Assembly (NCBI GenBank): GCA_038131935.1
Contig: JAYPQH010000032.1
Location: forward strand, 96,001 to 160,000
DNA length: 64,000 nt
From: Alphaproteobacteria bacterium
GTDB taxonomy: Bacteria > Pseudomonadota > Alphaproteobacteria > UBA8317
Direction of reading: 5' to 3'
The translations under genes and the position numbers were made by a program. Position 1 is the stretch's first letter; each line of letters opens with the position of its first letter. The notes under the pieces are model-generated. The model was given only the letters and a program-made list of their open reading frames with translations, was not told the DNA's origin and ran no database searches. Below, piece by piece: positions 1 through 10,150 of this stretch.

Positions 1-261
1 AAAACCGGTTGCCTGAGCCAAAGCGACGGCATCATCTGCCAAATCCTTGATCGTTATCTCTTGATCAAATGTTTCACTTTGGCCATGCCCACGCTTATCA
101 TAACATAATATCCGAAAATCTTTTGCCATGGCTTCAACTTGTGGGTCCCACATCGAGAAATTGGTTGCCAATGAGTTGCTGAACATGACCTTTATTCCAT
201 CTTCAGGACCCGTAATACGATAGTGAATATTAACACCATTTATATTCATAAATTCAGACAT
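1..261 (-). CDS. pcaD: 3-oxoadipate enol-lactonase-like alpha/beta hydrolase (5' part; runs off window)
   Basis: Not in ORF track; manual translation MSEFMNINGVNIHYRITGPEDGIKVMFSNSLATNFSMWDPQ...YDKRGHGQS; NSL and YDxRGHG motifs; AGGAG RBS upstream. Confidence 0.75.
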   Translation of the reverse strand, partial: MSEFMNINGVNIHYRITGPEDGIKVMFSNSLATNFSMWDPQVEAMAKDFRILCYDKRGHGQSETFDQEITIKDLADDAVALAQATGF

Positions 262-324
262 TTAAGACTCCTTTTTAAAAAAACATTGCGCTTTTGACAT
301 ACCCAACACAATTGTTGGTACATA

Positions 325-1205
325 TCATATCATGTCCAATTTTTTTGCAAATTCCTTTAACTTCGCACTGGCTTCATCTGGGTTTTCTACATGCACAAAA
401 TGCCCCGATTCTTCTGAAAATTCACATGTAACATCGTCAAACACTTCACCAAGAAAAGATGACCAGTCAGATATTAAAATAGGATCATGCCGCCCCCAGT
501 AAACATGTGTGGGGATTTTTATACGCGGGTGGTCATCAGCATTGTTGTTGATCGCCTTCAACCGAGCTTTATTTTGACTTCTGTACCAATTAAACCCCCC
601 AACCAAAGCGCCAGGCTTACGAAAATTTTCAACCCAATCATCCATCATGGAATCAAAGGCATTTTTTCGATAGCACCAATGGCGAATCATATAAGTGAAA
701 TACATCCGACATGTATCCTCAGAATATCCCACAAGTTGTTCCGCGAGGTCTAATTGATGAAATGTTTGGTACCAGATTTCATTGACATGATTTCCTTCTA
801 CCCAGCGCGATCCAACAGCTGGGGTTGGACAATTAAAAAACAACAAACCTTTCAGTTGGGCAGGAGCCAAGCGAGCAAGTGCTTGCATAACATAAGCTCC
901 CACATCATGGCCCACCACAATAGGTGGTCTTTCTGCATAATGAGCGATCACCTCAAGCAATATTTTGGCATGGAATTCTGCACCATGATCGGTATGTGGG
1001 CCATTAGGTTTATCGCTATCTCCAAAACCATACAGATCAGGCATGATTAAACGAAACCCTTGGTTCTGAAGACGATCTGCCATGGGCTTCCATGTCATCA
1101 AAATTCTGGCCAACCATGTATCAAAATTACCGGCACACCTTCCCCACTCAAGGCAACATGAATATTTTGGCCTGCGTTGGTGACGAAATTTTCATGGGTA
1201 ATCAT
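325..1205 (-). CDS. Alpha/beta hydrolase, epoxide hydrolase/haloacetate dehalogenase family (frameshift near 1100)
   Basis: MITHENF...LIHGWPEF in one frame continues as MTWKPMA...PDLYGFGDS...GHDVG...SGHFVHVENP in the next. Confidence 0.85.
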
Positions 1206-1338
1206 CAGTATCCCCTTACCTATTTTATCAATATCATTGAGCACCAAAGTTTCGTTCTCTGCAACCATGAGTTGAGAATACTTGAAGATTTTTGCTTTTT
1301 GCGTTTGAGTAAGACTTACTCTTTCAAAAAAGTGAGTG

Positions 1339-2922
1339 ATGCCCAACATGATGGAAGAACCAATATATCCTTTCACCACACGTACAAGCAATTTGGCCCA
1401 TTACATCTGTGCGAACGCCGCGCGATTACCTGATCATCACGCGATGATATGGGGAGATGAATCCTGGTCTTGGTCTTTGTTTTGGGAACGCGTGGGACGC
1501 ATTGCAGCAATCCTCAAAAACAATGGAATTGAGAAAGGTGACAGGATTTTGATCCAGTCCACGAATTGCAATCAAATGTTTGAAGCTATGTTTGCAAGTT
1601 TCGCCATAGGTGCGGTTTGGGTACCAGCCAATTTTCGTGGCATGCCAAAAGACCTTGCCTGGATGGCGGAGCTTTCCAAGGCAAAGCTTCTTATCTGCCA
1701 TGAAGAATTTCCTGAGCATGCTGCCATAAAAACACCATGGCTGCAGTCCGTTTTGGCTATTGGAGGCAGTTCTTTTGGACCAAATATCGAAACCCTCATG
1801 AAGGAGTAACTGCACCAGATAATAATCTGGAGCCTGTTGATAGAGATGATCCCGCATGGCTGTTTTTTACATCTGGAACCAGTGGAAAACCCAAAGCAGG
1901 CACCCTAACCCACGGCCAACTTCACTTTATCATCAACAACCATTTGTGTGACCTGACCCCAGGCATAAAACCATCGTGATGCGAGCCTCGTTGTGGCACC
2001 TCTTTCTCACGGGGCTGGCATACATCAACTCATGATATCAGCCAAAGCTGCACCTACTGTTCTTACGTCTAACAAAAAATTTGACACAGCCGAAATTTGG
2101 TCTCTGATCGAAAAGTGGAAGATCACAAATATGTTTACCGTCCCAACCATCTTAAAGCTGATTGTTGAGGCGTCGGAAGCTCAAGCAAGTACAAAAGACT
2201 CACTACGCTACATTATTTATGCCGGAGCACCCATGTTTCGCGAAGATCAACGCAAAGCTATAGAACTTTTAGGTCCTGTTCTTGTGCAATATTATGGCCT
2301 CGGTGAGGTTACTGGTGCCATCACTGTACTACCTCCGGAAGGCCATGCTGAAGATCAATTGCGAGAAGGAAGTTGCGGCTACCCACGAACAGGTGTGCAA
2401 ATTAGCATTAGGGATGAACAAGGTCAGTTATGCGCTGATATGGAAACAGGAGAAATTTGTGTACTGGGTCCATCTGTCTTTGCGGGATACTGGGATAATC
2501 CAGAAGCCAACCAGAAAAGTTTTCATGATGGATGGTTCAGAACAGGCGACATTGGCCATCTCGATAAGAATGGATATCTCTACATAACTGGTCGTGCATC
2601 AGATATGTATATTTCAGGTGGATCTAATATCCATCCCCGAGAGATCGAAGAAAAAATCCTCGAGCATGAAGCTATTAATGAAGTTGCTGTTTTTGGCATT
2701 CCCGATGCCAAATGGGGAGAAATAGGGGTTGCTGTGTGCAAATATGAAAAAGGCAAAACTGTATCCGCTGAAGCTTTAGAAGCGTTCATACGACAAGACA
2801 TAGCTGGTTATAAAATTCCAAGGGAATTTTACTTTTGGGATGAAATACCCAAGTCAGGCTATGGTAAGTTGGCGAAACGTTTGATTAGAGATGAATTGCT
2901 TCGTAGAAAAGATGAGAATTAA
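1339..2922 (+). CDS. AMP-dependent acyl-CoA synthetase (frameshifts near 1806 and 1968)
   Basis: Three consecutive ORFs carry FFTSGTSGKPK, YGLGE, FRTGDIG, SGGSNIHPREIE and PKSGYGK. Confidence 0.9.
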
Positions 2923-2925
2923 ACC

Positions 2926-3786
2926 ATGCGGCATATCAAACATCCCGGCCCTGTAAATCCTAAGCGCTATTTTGCATCACCCACGACATACGAAGAAGTT
3001 ACTGTTACCATTGGTAGCCAACAAGACCTCAAACAAGAAATCATGAATGTTGTGGCATCTAAAAATTGGAAAGGCGGTTGTTTCTTTCTACAACAAGCCC
3101 CAGTTCGTCATCTAAGTTACTTCATGCCTGCAGACGCACCAGATCTTCAGCATGTCGCATGGTTTTCTGATGAGTATCAATTTGAACAAGGTCAAATCGA
3201 TACCTTAGGTATGATGGCTGGCTTGGGAGAGCAAGGACCATATTTTCATGGACATGGGGCGTGGAGTGACGCTGCAGGAAATTCTTTTATGGGGCACATC
3301 ATACCTGAAAAAACTTTCTTAAATGCTCCCATCACATGTCATGCTATTGGATTTTTAGATGGGAATTTTTGTCGACGTTTCGACGAGGAAACCAATTTCA
3401 CACTTTTGTTTCCTGAAGATCATCAAGCCAAGCAGGTATCTGCTCATGAAGAAGCCATTCTTCTGAAGTTAGCACCAAACCAAGATATATCTCACGCACT
3501 TGTGAATATTACAAAAGAACTTGGGTGGGAAAAGGCTAGTTTTCATGGGGTTGGCAGCTTGCAGGGGACCTACACCGAAAATGATGGCAATATAGAAGAT
3601 CATGCCGTAGAATTTTTGATCACAAAGGCAATTGTACAAAACGAGCATAGCGAAATAGAGGTCATTTCGGTTGGCAAGTCCCAAAAAGAACGATGCACAG
3701 GCACGCTTATTCCTGGTCAAAATTCTATTCTGATCACCGCAGAACTCATTGGCATCCATCGCCACAGCAAACAAAACCTTTTTTGA
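2926..3786 (+). CDS. DUF296/PPC-domain protein (two domains)
   Basis: FHGHG...GHI motif in N-half; LKLAPNQDI...GVGSL in C-half; 3 nt after the synthetase. Confidence 0.7.
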   Translation: MRHIKHPGPVNPKRYFASPTTYEEVTVTIGSQQDLKQEIMNVVASKNWKGGCFFLQQAPVRHLSYFMPADAPDLQHVAWFSDEYQFEQGQIDTLGMMAGLGEQGPYFHGHGAWSDAAGNSFMGHIIPEKTFLNAPITCHAIGFLDGNFCRRFDEETNFTLLFPEDHQAKQVSAHEEAILLKLAPNQDISHALVNITKELGWEKASFHGVGSLQGTYTENDGNIEDHAVEFLITKAIVQNEHSEIEVISVGKSQKERCTGTLIPGQNSILITAELIGIHRHSKQNLF

Positions 3787-3804
3787 TTGCTGTGGATACA
3801 CAAT

Positions 3805-4647
3805 TTACGCGTCTAAATAGGATTGCCATTCTTGATGCAATGATCCCTGATGGTTCTCTAATGATTCCAAAATAGTGAAATGGTTCAGGTCTTTTAAAAC
3901 CAAATACTTCCAACCTTTTGATGATACATCCCATGACTTTGCCAAAGATTGACTCTGGTCAATAAATTCATCTGACTCAGCACCACCAACCACAATCATT
4001 AATTTTTTGACGGACTTTGGAACAAGATATTCTGGGCTTCGCTTAGATAAATCTTCCTCGTTCAGTTGAAGAATCTCGTTCATGTAACTTAATTTGATAG
4101 GCTTCAAATCATATAGCCCTGAAATCAACAATGCTGCTTCGACAGCATTGTCCCCCAAGCGTGGCTCGCACAATAACATAGCAGCGAGATGCCCCCCAGC
4201 AGAGTGCCCAACCAACCGAATTTTTTCAGGGTCTCCCCCAAAATCAAGAATGTTTTCCCGCACCCAAATTATTGATTTCACACATTGATCAACAATGCCT
4301 TCCAGCGTGATATGAGGGATCAAACTATAATTTACAACAACAACGACATAACCTTTTTGGGTCCAAGAAGCCGCCAAAAACCTAAAGTCATCTTTGTGAC
4401 GAGATGTCCAAAAACCTCCATGTATGTAAACCATGACGGGTGCGTTGGTGCTGTTTTCCGCTGGCAAATAAATATCTAAAAGCTCATCTTCATGTTTTCC
4501 AAATGGCAGATCCAGATGGGGCGCTCGGGCAAATGAAAAGTCTTTACCTTTTTGAAACAATTCGCCCATAATGACTTCATGTTCGGGGACCCGTTTGCGG
4601 TTATTGTATTGCGCATCAAGTTCGTCTTGGCTGTAATTTTTATACAT
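3805..4647 (-). CDS. Arylformamidase (kynurenine formamidase)-like alpha/beta hydrolase
   Basis: LDAQYNNR N-terminus, HGGFW, GHSAGGHL, SGLYDL, NHF. Confidence 0.8.
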   Translation of the reverse strand: MYKNYSQDELDAQYNNRKRVPEHEVIMGELFQKGKDFSFARAPHLDLPFGKHEDELLDIYLPAENSTNAPVMVYIHGGFWTSRHKDDFRFLAASWTQKGYVVVVVNYSLIPHITLEGIVDQCVKSIIWVRENILDFGGDPEKIRLVGHSAGGHLAAMLLCEPRLGDNAVEAALLISGLYDLKPIKLSYMNEILQLNEEDLSKRSPEYLVPKSVKKLMIVVGGAESDEFIDQSQSLAKSWDVSSKGWKYLVLKDLNHFTILESLENHQGSLHQEWQSYLDA

Positions 4648-4830
4648 AAGTTCCACCCCTTATTTTTAAAAACAATCCAATTCACTCCAACCACGCAAGT
4701 GTCGCAAGCCAGATTGATGAAGAGAAGATGTATAGATCATTATTTCCCTTGTCACGCATTCGCTCCTAAGAATAGGCTTCATTACTATTATTTTATCGCC
4801 GGTCGCGTTCGACAACGTAAGGAATAAAGC

Positions 4831-5743
4831 ATGGATAACTTGATTGGATTCATTGGCTTAGGACGTATGGGCCTACCAATGGCAAAAACCTCACCAAAAG
4901 GCTTTTCATTAATGGTTTACGACATCAATGAAGAACCGATGCAAGAATTGGCAACATACCAAGCAAGGATGGCAAAGGATGTTGCTGAAATCGCTCAGAA
5001 TTGCGCCACTATTATTACAATGCTGCCAGACTCAAATGTAGTGAATGAGGTGATTGGAGGAACTGAAGGTGTCTTTACCCACAGCCCTTCACCACGACTT
5101 ATCATGGACATGAGTACAATTGACCCAAAGACAACAGATATGCTGGCTGAAAAAGCTCACATGTTAGGCCATGGGTTTGTGGATGCACCCGTGGGCAGAC
5201 TTGCAAGTCATGCCGATAGAGGTGAGTCATTGTTTATGGTGGGAGCCACAGACGATCAATTCTCAATCCTTAAACCCATGATGGAAGCGATGGGCAGTAC
5301 AATATATCATTGTGGTCCGGTAGGAAGTGGCGTGCGTACAAAACTTGTCAACAACTTCCTAGCTGTTGCATCCTGCCAATTTAACGCTGAGGCACTCAGT
5401 CTTGCTCAATCATTGGGATTGAATTTGGAAAAAACACTCGACGTAATTTATGGTACCACTGCATTTAACGGGCAATTAAAGATCGCGTGGCCTGATAAAG
5501 TTTTGGCGGGAGATATTTCACCTGGATTTACCATTGACCTCGCGCATAAAGATCTTTCACTGGTCATGAATGCGGCTCATGATGTGCGTGTACTCTACCT
5601 ATGGGCGCTGCAGCTTTGAAGCCTTTAGCTCTGCTCGCGCACGAGGCTACGGAAAGGCAGATTTTTCAGCTATGCTTGATGCACATTCATCACTCGCTGG
5701 CCATGCAGCCCCTCGTCTTAAAAGTAGTGACGAAGAAGCATAA
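4831..5743 (+). CDS. NAD(P)-dependent beta-hydroxyacid dehydrogenase (frameshifted near 5590-5618)
   Basis: GFIGLGRMG, DAPVGR, KLVNN, AHKDL; C-terminus EAFSSARARGYGKADFS continues in another frame to TAA 5743. Confidence 0.85.
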
Positions 5744-5763
5744 TTTATCTGAATGAACTCAAA

Positions 5764-5786
5764 GTCTCACCCCCAAAGGGTGGGAC
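5764..5786. terminator. GC-rich hairpin between converging ORFs
   Basis: GTCTCACCC-CCAAA-GGGTGGGAC; only a short T run on the minus strand. Confidence 0.35.
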
Positions 5787-5849
5787 GTACATCTGTCACC
5801 ATTTTCCATGAACATAAACGCCATTGTACCATGTCATGGTTGAAAAAAT

Positions 5850-5927
5850 TTAAGAGGTCACAACAACCCAAATTTTTAGGATCAAAGCCACGATAAGTAC
5901 GCATAAACCTAATTTTTGTATGCTCAT
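5850..5927 (-). CDS. Putative 25-aa hydrophobic peptide
   Basis: MSIQKLGLCVLIVALILKIWVVVTS; AAGGA 5 nt before ATG; wholly intergenic. Confidence 0.4.
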   Translation of the reverse strand: MSIQKLGLCVLIVALILKIWVVVTS

Positions 5928-6020
5928 ACGCTTCCTTCACAACCATCGATACGTAAAAGATGTATAATGATCAAATCCAACAACCCACCCCATCATAATA
6001 GGCCAATAAAAGGACAAGCC

Positions 6021-6938
6021 ATGCCGCCAATCTGCACGCCTAACACCCAAATTCCATCTGGCATATACCCTATGATGTATAGCTTTTTTGAAGATAATGG
6101 CAAATTAAGATACCCAATGTTGGATCTCCAGATCGATATAGCACTGGAGCATCAAGCTACAGGCATTGCCATTCTTGGGTTGGCGACTGAGGTTAATATG
6201 CTAACGAAGGATGAACAAATCAGTCTTGTCAAAAATGCCGTAAACCGAATTGCAGATCGATGCCCGCTTCTGGTTACCGTCACCGGGGAAAATGCTGATG
6301 AGCAAATATATTATGGAAAAAAATTTATGGACCTTGGTGCACATGCACTCATCCTGCAACCCCCAACCATGATAGATAATGCTGAGCATTTATTTGAACA
6401 AATTTCCTACACTATTTCTCAACTAACGTCACCAATAGGCATACAACATGCACCTGAGTTTTTAGGTCATGGATTAACAGGCAAACAAATCATCCATCTT
6501 GCACAGACCTATCCCCATTTTGTTCTTACCAAACTGGAATCAACCGCTGTAGAGCTTGCCTCTATAGCCCAAAACCTGGATGACAGCACACAGTTGTTCA
6601 ATGGTCGTTGTGGGCTAGAGCTCACAGACAATCTTCGTGGCGGCGCGTCAGGTATTATCCCAAGCATAGAGCTTATTGATCGCACCACGAGGACATTCTC
6701 GTTCTATCAGAATGGTCAACATGAAGAAGCGGAGACCACATATCGCTCTATCTTGCCCATGATCAGTTTTATGATGCAAGGCATACCCCATTTTCTCACT
6801 TATGGAAAATTATTGGCATCATTGCGGATGAATATCAGCCCCGGAGGCACCCGAGGCAAGATAAAACCTCCTACCGAGTTCGGGTTTGAGATCACAAAAC
6901 GCTTCGCTGATGAACTTGGTATGTTAAATATATCGTAA
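6021..6938 (+). CDS. Dihydrodipicolinate synthase-family (class I aldolase-like) protein
   Basis: GIYPM, LGLATE, ILQPP, Schiff-base K in TKLES; AGGA RBS. Confidence 0.85.
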   Translation: MPPICTPNTQIPSGIYPMMYSFFEDNGKLRYPMLDLQIDIALEHQATGIAILGLATEVNMLTKDEQISLVKNAVNRIADRCPLLVTVTGENADEQIYYGKKFMDLGAHALILQPPTMIDNAEHLFEQISYTISQLTSPIGIQHAPEFLGHGLTGKQIIHLAQTYPHFVLTKLESTAVELASIAQNLDDSTQLFNGRCGLELTDNLRGGASGIIPSIELIDRTTRTFSFYQNGQHEEAETTYRSILPMISFMMQGIPHFLTYGKLLASLRMNISPGGTRGKIKPPTEFGFEITKRFADELGMLNIS

Positions 6939-7038
6939 ATTTGGCTATAAACCATTCAATTGAAATGAATAATTCTGCACGCAAACTTTGCAAGAAATGA
7001 TGGTTTAAAATAGCTCTAGTTCATAAAGAAAAAGTTTT

Positions 7039-8232
7039 TTACGCGTTAGCTATGCGAATGTGACAATCTTGCCGATCTAGAAAATCTTTTTGAAGAGAAC
7101 CCCCCAACCCTACCCCATCAGGCAATGAAATACGTCCTTGATGCAGTGGCGGCAAACTGTCTAAAACATCCGCGTACCAGCCATAATAAAAGGCACGAAC
7201 GATTTCTTGAATATATACATTTGATGTACCGCACGCAAAATGCACTGCAGCCGTCAATGCAACAGGGCCCGTGCAATCATGGGCTGCAACCGGTGTATGA
7301 TGGGCCTCGGCCAATGCGGCAACCTTTTGTGCGACGGACAATCCTCCACACCATGTTATATCAAGAATTGCCACAGACAAACGCTGTGGTGTTATGACGG
7401 ACGCAAATTCTCCTAAACCACCAAGACGCTCACCAGCTGCAATGGGACATCGGGTTTGTTCTGCAACCAGTGGCATACTCTGAAGGTTGTCTTGGAACAC
7501 AGGGTCTTCAACCCAATGTGGCGAAAACTGCTCCAAGGCATGGCAAATTTTAAGAGCCATAGGAACACTCCACAAAGAATGAAGTTCGGCCATAATCTCC
7601 ATTTTGTCTCCAAGCGCCTTCCTAATCTTGATGAAGGGCTCTAGCGCCTTTTCCATTTGAGCTGGTGTTATGGCATATCCACCTGATAACTCAGCAGCAT
7701 AGTCAAACGGCCAAATCTTCATGGCCGTAATACCCATCTCCAATAAAGAATATGCCAATTCATCAGGGGTATTCATGAAAGCCTGCAGGTCCTCATAAAC
7801 CTGACCATGACCCAAGCCAAAGTTTTGTGTTTGCTGTTTCGATGATTGCCTTACATATCCACTGCCAGCACAGGTGTTATAAACTGGCAATTCATCACGT
7901 ATCGGGCCACCCAGCAGTTGAGCAACAGACTGATTTGTCTGTTGACCCCATAAATCCCACAAAGCAATGTCAACAGCAGAACGGCCACGCATCTCCGCAC
8001 TTGCCCCATTAAAACCAAGATAACCAAGCATCTTATCCTGAAAAAAACCCACTTTATGTGGCGACTTCCCCAATAAGGCAGGTGCAATCACGTCATGAAT
8101 ATGTGCTTCGGCGGCCGCAGCACCCATGAATGTCTCACCCAACCCAACTGTGCCATCACTGGTACGAAGCTGTACCCATAATAAATTAGGAAATTCTTCA
8201 CATCTAATCGTTTCAATTGCGGTAATGTTCAT
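7039..8232 (-). CDS. Mandelate racemase/muconate-lactonizing enzyme family protein (probable dehydratase)
   Basis: GLGET, SAVDIALWDL, MKIWP, WVEDP, AAGE, AAHDC. Confidence 0.9.
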   Translation of the reverse strand: MNITAIETIRCEEFPNLLWVQLRTSDGTVGLGETFMGAAAAEAHIHDVIAPALLGKSPHKVGFFQDKMLGYLGFNGASAEMRGRSAVDIALWDLWGQQTNQSVAQLLGGPIRDELPVYNTCAGSGYVRQSSKQQTQNFGLGHGQVYEDLQAFMNTPDELAYSLLEMGITAMKIWPFDYAAELSGGYAITPAQMEKALEPFIKIRKALGDKMEIMAELHSLWSVPMALKICHALEQFSPHWVEDPVFQDNLQSMPLVAEQTRCPIAAGERLGGLGEFASVITPQRLSVAILDITWCGGLSVAQKVAALAEAHHTPVAAHDCTGPVALTAAVHFACGTSNVYIQEIVRAFYYGWYADVLDSLPPLHQGRISLPDGVGLGGSLQKDFLDRQDCHIRIANA

Positions 8233-8243
8233 TTTGAGCCTTC

Positions 8244-8369
8244 TTACTTAGCTAATATGCGCGCACCCTTTTCAAAGTTATCATTAGGCTCCCCTAATGT
8301 CAGCGCGAATACCAATATGCCAACCAAACATACACCAATGACACAAACAATGATAAGTCGACTATCCAT
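8244..8369 (-). CDS. Putative 41-aa single-pass membrane protein
   Basis: MDSRLIIVCVIGVCLVGILVFALTLGEPNDNFEKGARILAK; GGAGG 5 nt before ATG; stop 11 nt before next gene. Confidence 0.6.
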   Translation of the reverse strand: MDSRLIIVCVIGVCLVGILVFALTLGEPNDNFEKGARILAK

Positions 8370-8559
8370 AAAAACCTCCCACAATTACCATAACCGCCAC
8401 ATTTGACGTTCATAATAACTATGACACAAAGACATTTGCGGTGATGATGCGTCCCATAACCACATCCATTCAAAGGTAAGCACAAACAATGGACCAAAAT
8501 TTACTGGTCTAATCTGTGGTTTTTCTTTTATATTAGAGCTTCTTTGAGGTGATTTTACC

Positions 8560-9870
8560 ATGTCGAAACAAAAGAAAACACAAATTGTTGTTGTTGGTGG
8601 TGGCGCAGGTGGCTTGCCTTTAGTCAGGAAACTTGGGGCACATTACAATCAGGACGAATATGATATTATCCTGATTGATAAGTCTCGTAGCCATATTTGG
8701 AAACCACTCCTGCACGAGGTGGCAGCTGGATCACTCGACGCGAACTTAGATGAAATTGGTTATGGGGGTCATGGTGTTCGTTGGGGATATCGTTTCTTTT
8801 ATGGCTCTTTAAAAACAATTGACCGCGAGAACAAACGCGTAATCACAGCTGCCTATATTGATGAGAGTGGTAAGGAAATCATTTCTGAACATCAAATAAG
8901 GTATGACTATTTGGTGCTCGCTTATGGTGGCGTGTCAAACGATTTCGGCATAACTGGTGTTCGAGAGCATTGCATGTTTCTAGAAGATAGAAGCCAAGCC
9001 GAGATTTTCCGTCAAAAATTGCTAAACGAATGCCTCCGTGTATCTCACTTGGTGAGCCAAGGCGAAGATGCTTTTGTCGATATATGTATCATCGGTGGGG
9101 GGGCAACAGGCGTTGAATTGGCCGCGGAACTTTACAATGCTGCTCAAGGACTTCGATATTATGGCCTTGAAGTATTTGATGAGAGCAGATTGCGTGTAAG
9201 CTTACTAGAAGCTGGCCCTAGAATACTACCCGCACTTCCAGAGCACTTGGCTTTGGCGGCACATAAAGAATTAGAGCTTTTGGGGGTTGATGTCCGCGTC
9301 AACACAACAGTCAGTTCAGTTGACGCAAAACAGGTGCATACCCAAGACGGAATGAGCATCACCGCCGAGTTAAAATTGTGGGCGGCCGGTGTAAAAGGCA
9401 GGACAATCGAAGATGGTTTAGATGGGCTGTCTTTGAACAGAAACAATCAGATTGAAGTTCGGAATACGCTCCAAAGCGTCGATGACAACCATATTTTTGC
9501 AATGGGAGATTGCTGTGCATGCCCCCAGCAAGATGGTAGGCTCGTTCCCCCACGTGCGCAGAGCGCCAATCAGATGGCATCCACTGTTTTTCATAACATT
9601 TCATCAATGATTTCTGGAAAACCGCTTAAATCATTTGTCTATAGAGATAAAGGATCATTGGTTTCTTTAAGCCGTTTTTCAACCATAGGTAGTCTTATGG
9701 GAAACCTTGTTGGTGGAAGTATGGCCATTGATGGTCGCTTAGCACGTTTCGCCTACATGTCTTTATACCGCTTACACCTGATTACAGTGCACGGATGGAT
9801 AAAAGGACTCATATTGATTGCCATTGGTCACGCCAATCAGGTTATTAGGCCAAAACTTAAGCTTCATTAG
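8560..9870 (+). CDS. ndh: Type II NADH dehydrogenase
   Basis: GGGAGG, HIWKPLLHEVAAG, GGGATGVELAAEL, C-terminal RPKLKLH. Confidence 0.92.
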   Translation: MSKQKKTQIVVVGGGAGGLPLVRKLGAHYNQDEYDIILIDKSRSHIWKPLLHEVAAGSLDANLDEIGYGGHGVRWGYRFFYGSLKTIDRENKRVITAAYIDESGKEIISEHQIRYDYLVLAYGGVSNDFGITGVREHCMFLEDRSQAEIFRQKLLNECLRVSHLVSQGEDAFVDICIIGGGATGVELAAELYNAAQGLRYYGLEVFDESRLRVSLLEAGPRILPALPEHLALAAHKELELLGVDVRVNTTVSSVDAKQVHTQDGMSITAELKLWAAGVKGRTIEDGLDGLSLNRNNQIEVRNTLQSVDDNHIFAMGDCCACPQQDGRLVPPRAQSANQMASTVFHNISSMISGKPLKSFVYRDKGSLVSLSRFSTIGSLMGNLVGGSMAIDGRLARFAYMSLYRLHLITVHGWIKGLILIAIGHANQVIRPKLKLH

Positions 9871-9903
9871 AAAATATTTTACCCACGAAAGAGACGCGTT
9901 ACC

Positions 9904-10107
9904 ATGGAATTCGCATTGATTATGCTTTTGTATGTTTCCCCTCAGTCAACAGTACCTCTAGATACCGGACTTCGCTACGAAACCATTGAGCAATGCAAAA
10001 AGGTCCGTTCAGAACAAGATAATTTAGCTCAGATAAGAAATGATGCCTTTAGGTGTGTGCCTGTTGCCAAGAATCACTACATTTTTGGTCAGCCCGCATC
10101 TTCGTAA
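9904..10107 (+). CDS. Small hypothetical protein (67 aa, two Cys)
   Basis: Fills gap between ndh and GST; hydrophobic N-terminus. Confidence 0.55.
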   Translation: MEFALIMLLYVSPQSTVPLDTGLRYETIEQCKKVRSEQDNLAQIRNDAFRCVPVAKNHYIFGQPASS

Positions 10108-10150
10108 CCAACAAAATTTACTATTCATCACATGTTAAAAGGAAAATGGT

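Noticed and set aside
1206-1391. N-terminal extension of the 97-aa ORF
   Set aside because: Overlaps the divergent synthetase start; the hydrolase-like sequence begins at ATG 1205, which has an RBS.
8300-8497. 65-aa Cys/His-rich ORF in the track
   Set aside because: No RBS; it overlaps, in another frame, the 41-aa ORF that has a perfect GGAGG and a coherent TM segment.
8492-8509. GACCA-N8-TGGTC inverted repeat upstream of ndh as a PdhR/FadR-type operator
   Set aside because: Only 5-bp arms, and the half-sites are in the reverse order to the TGGT-N-ACCA consensus.
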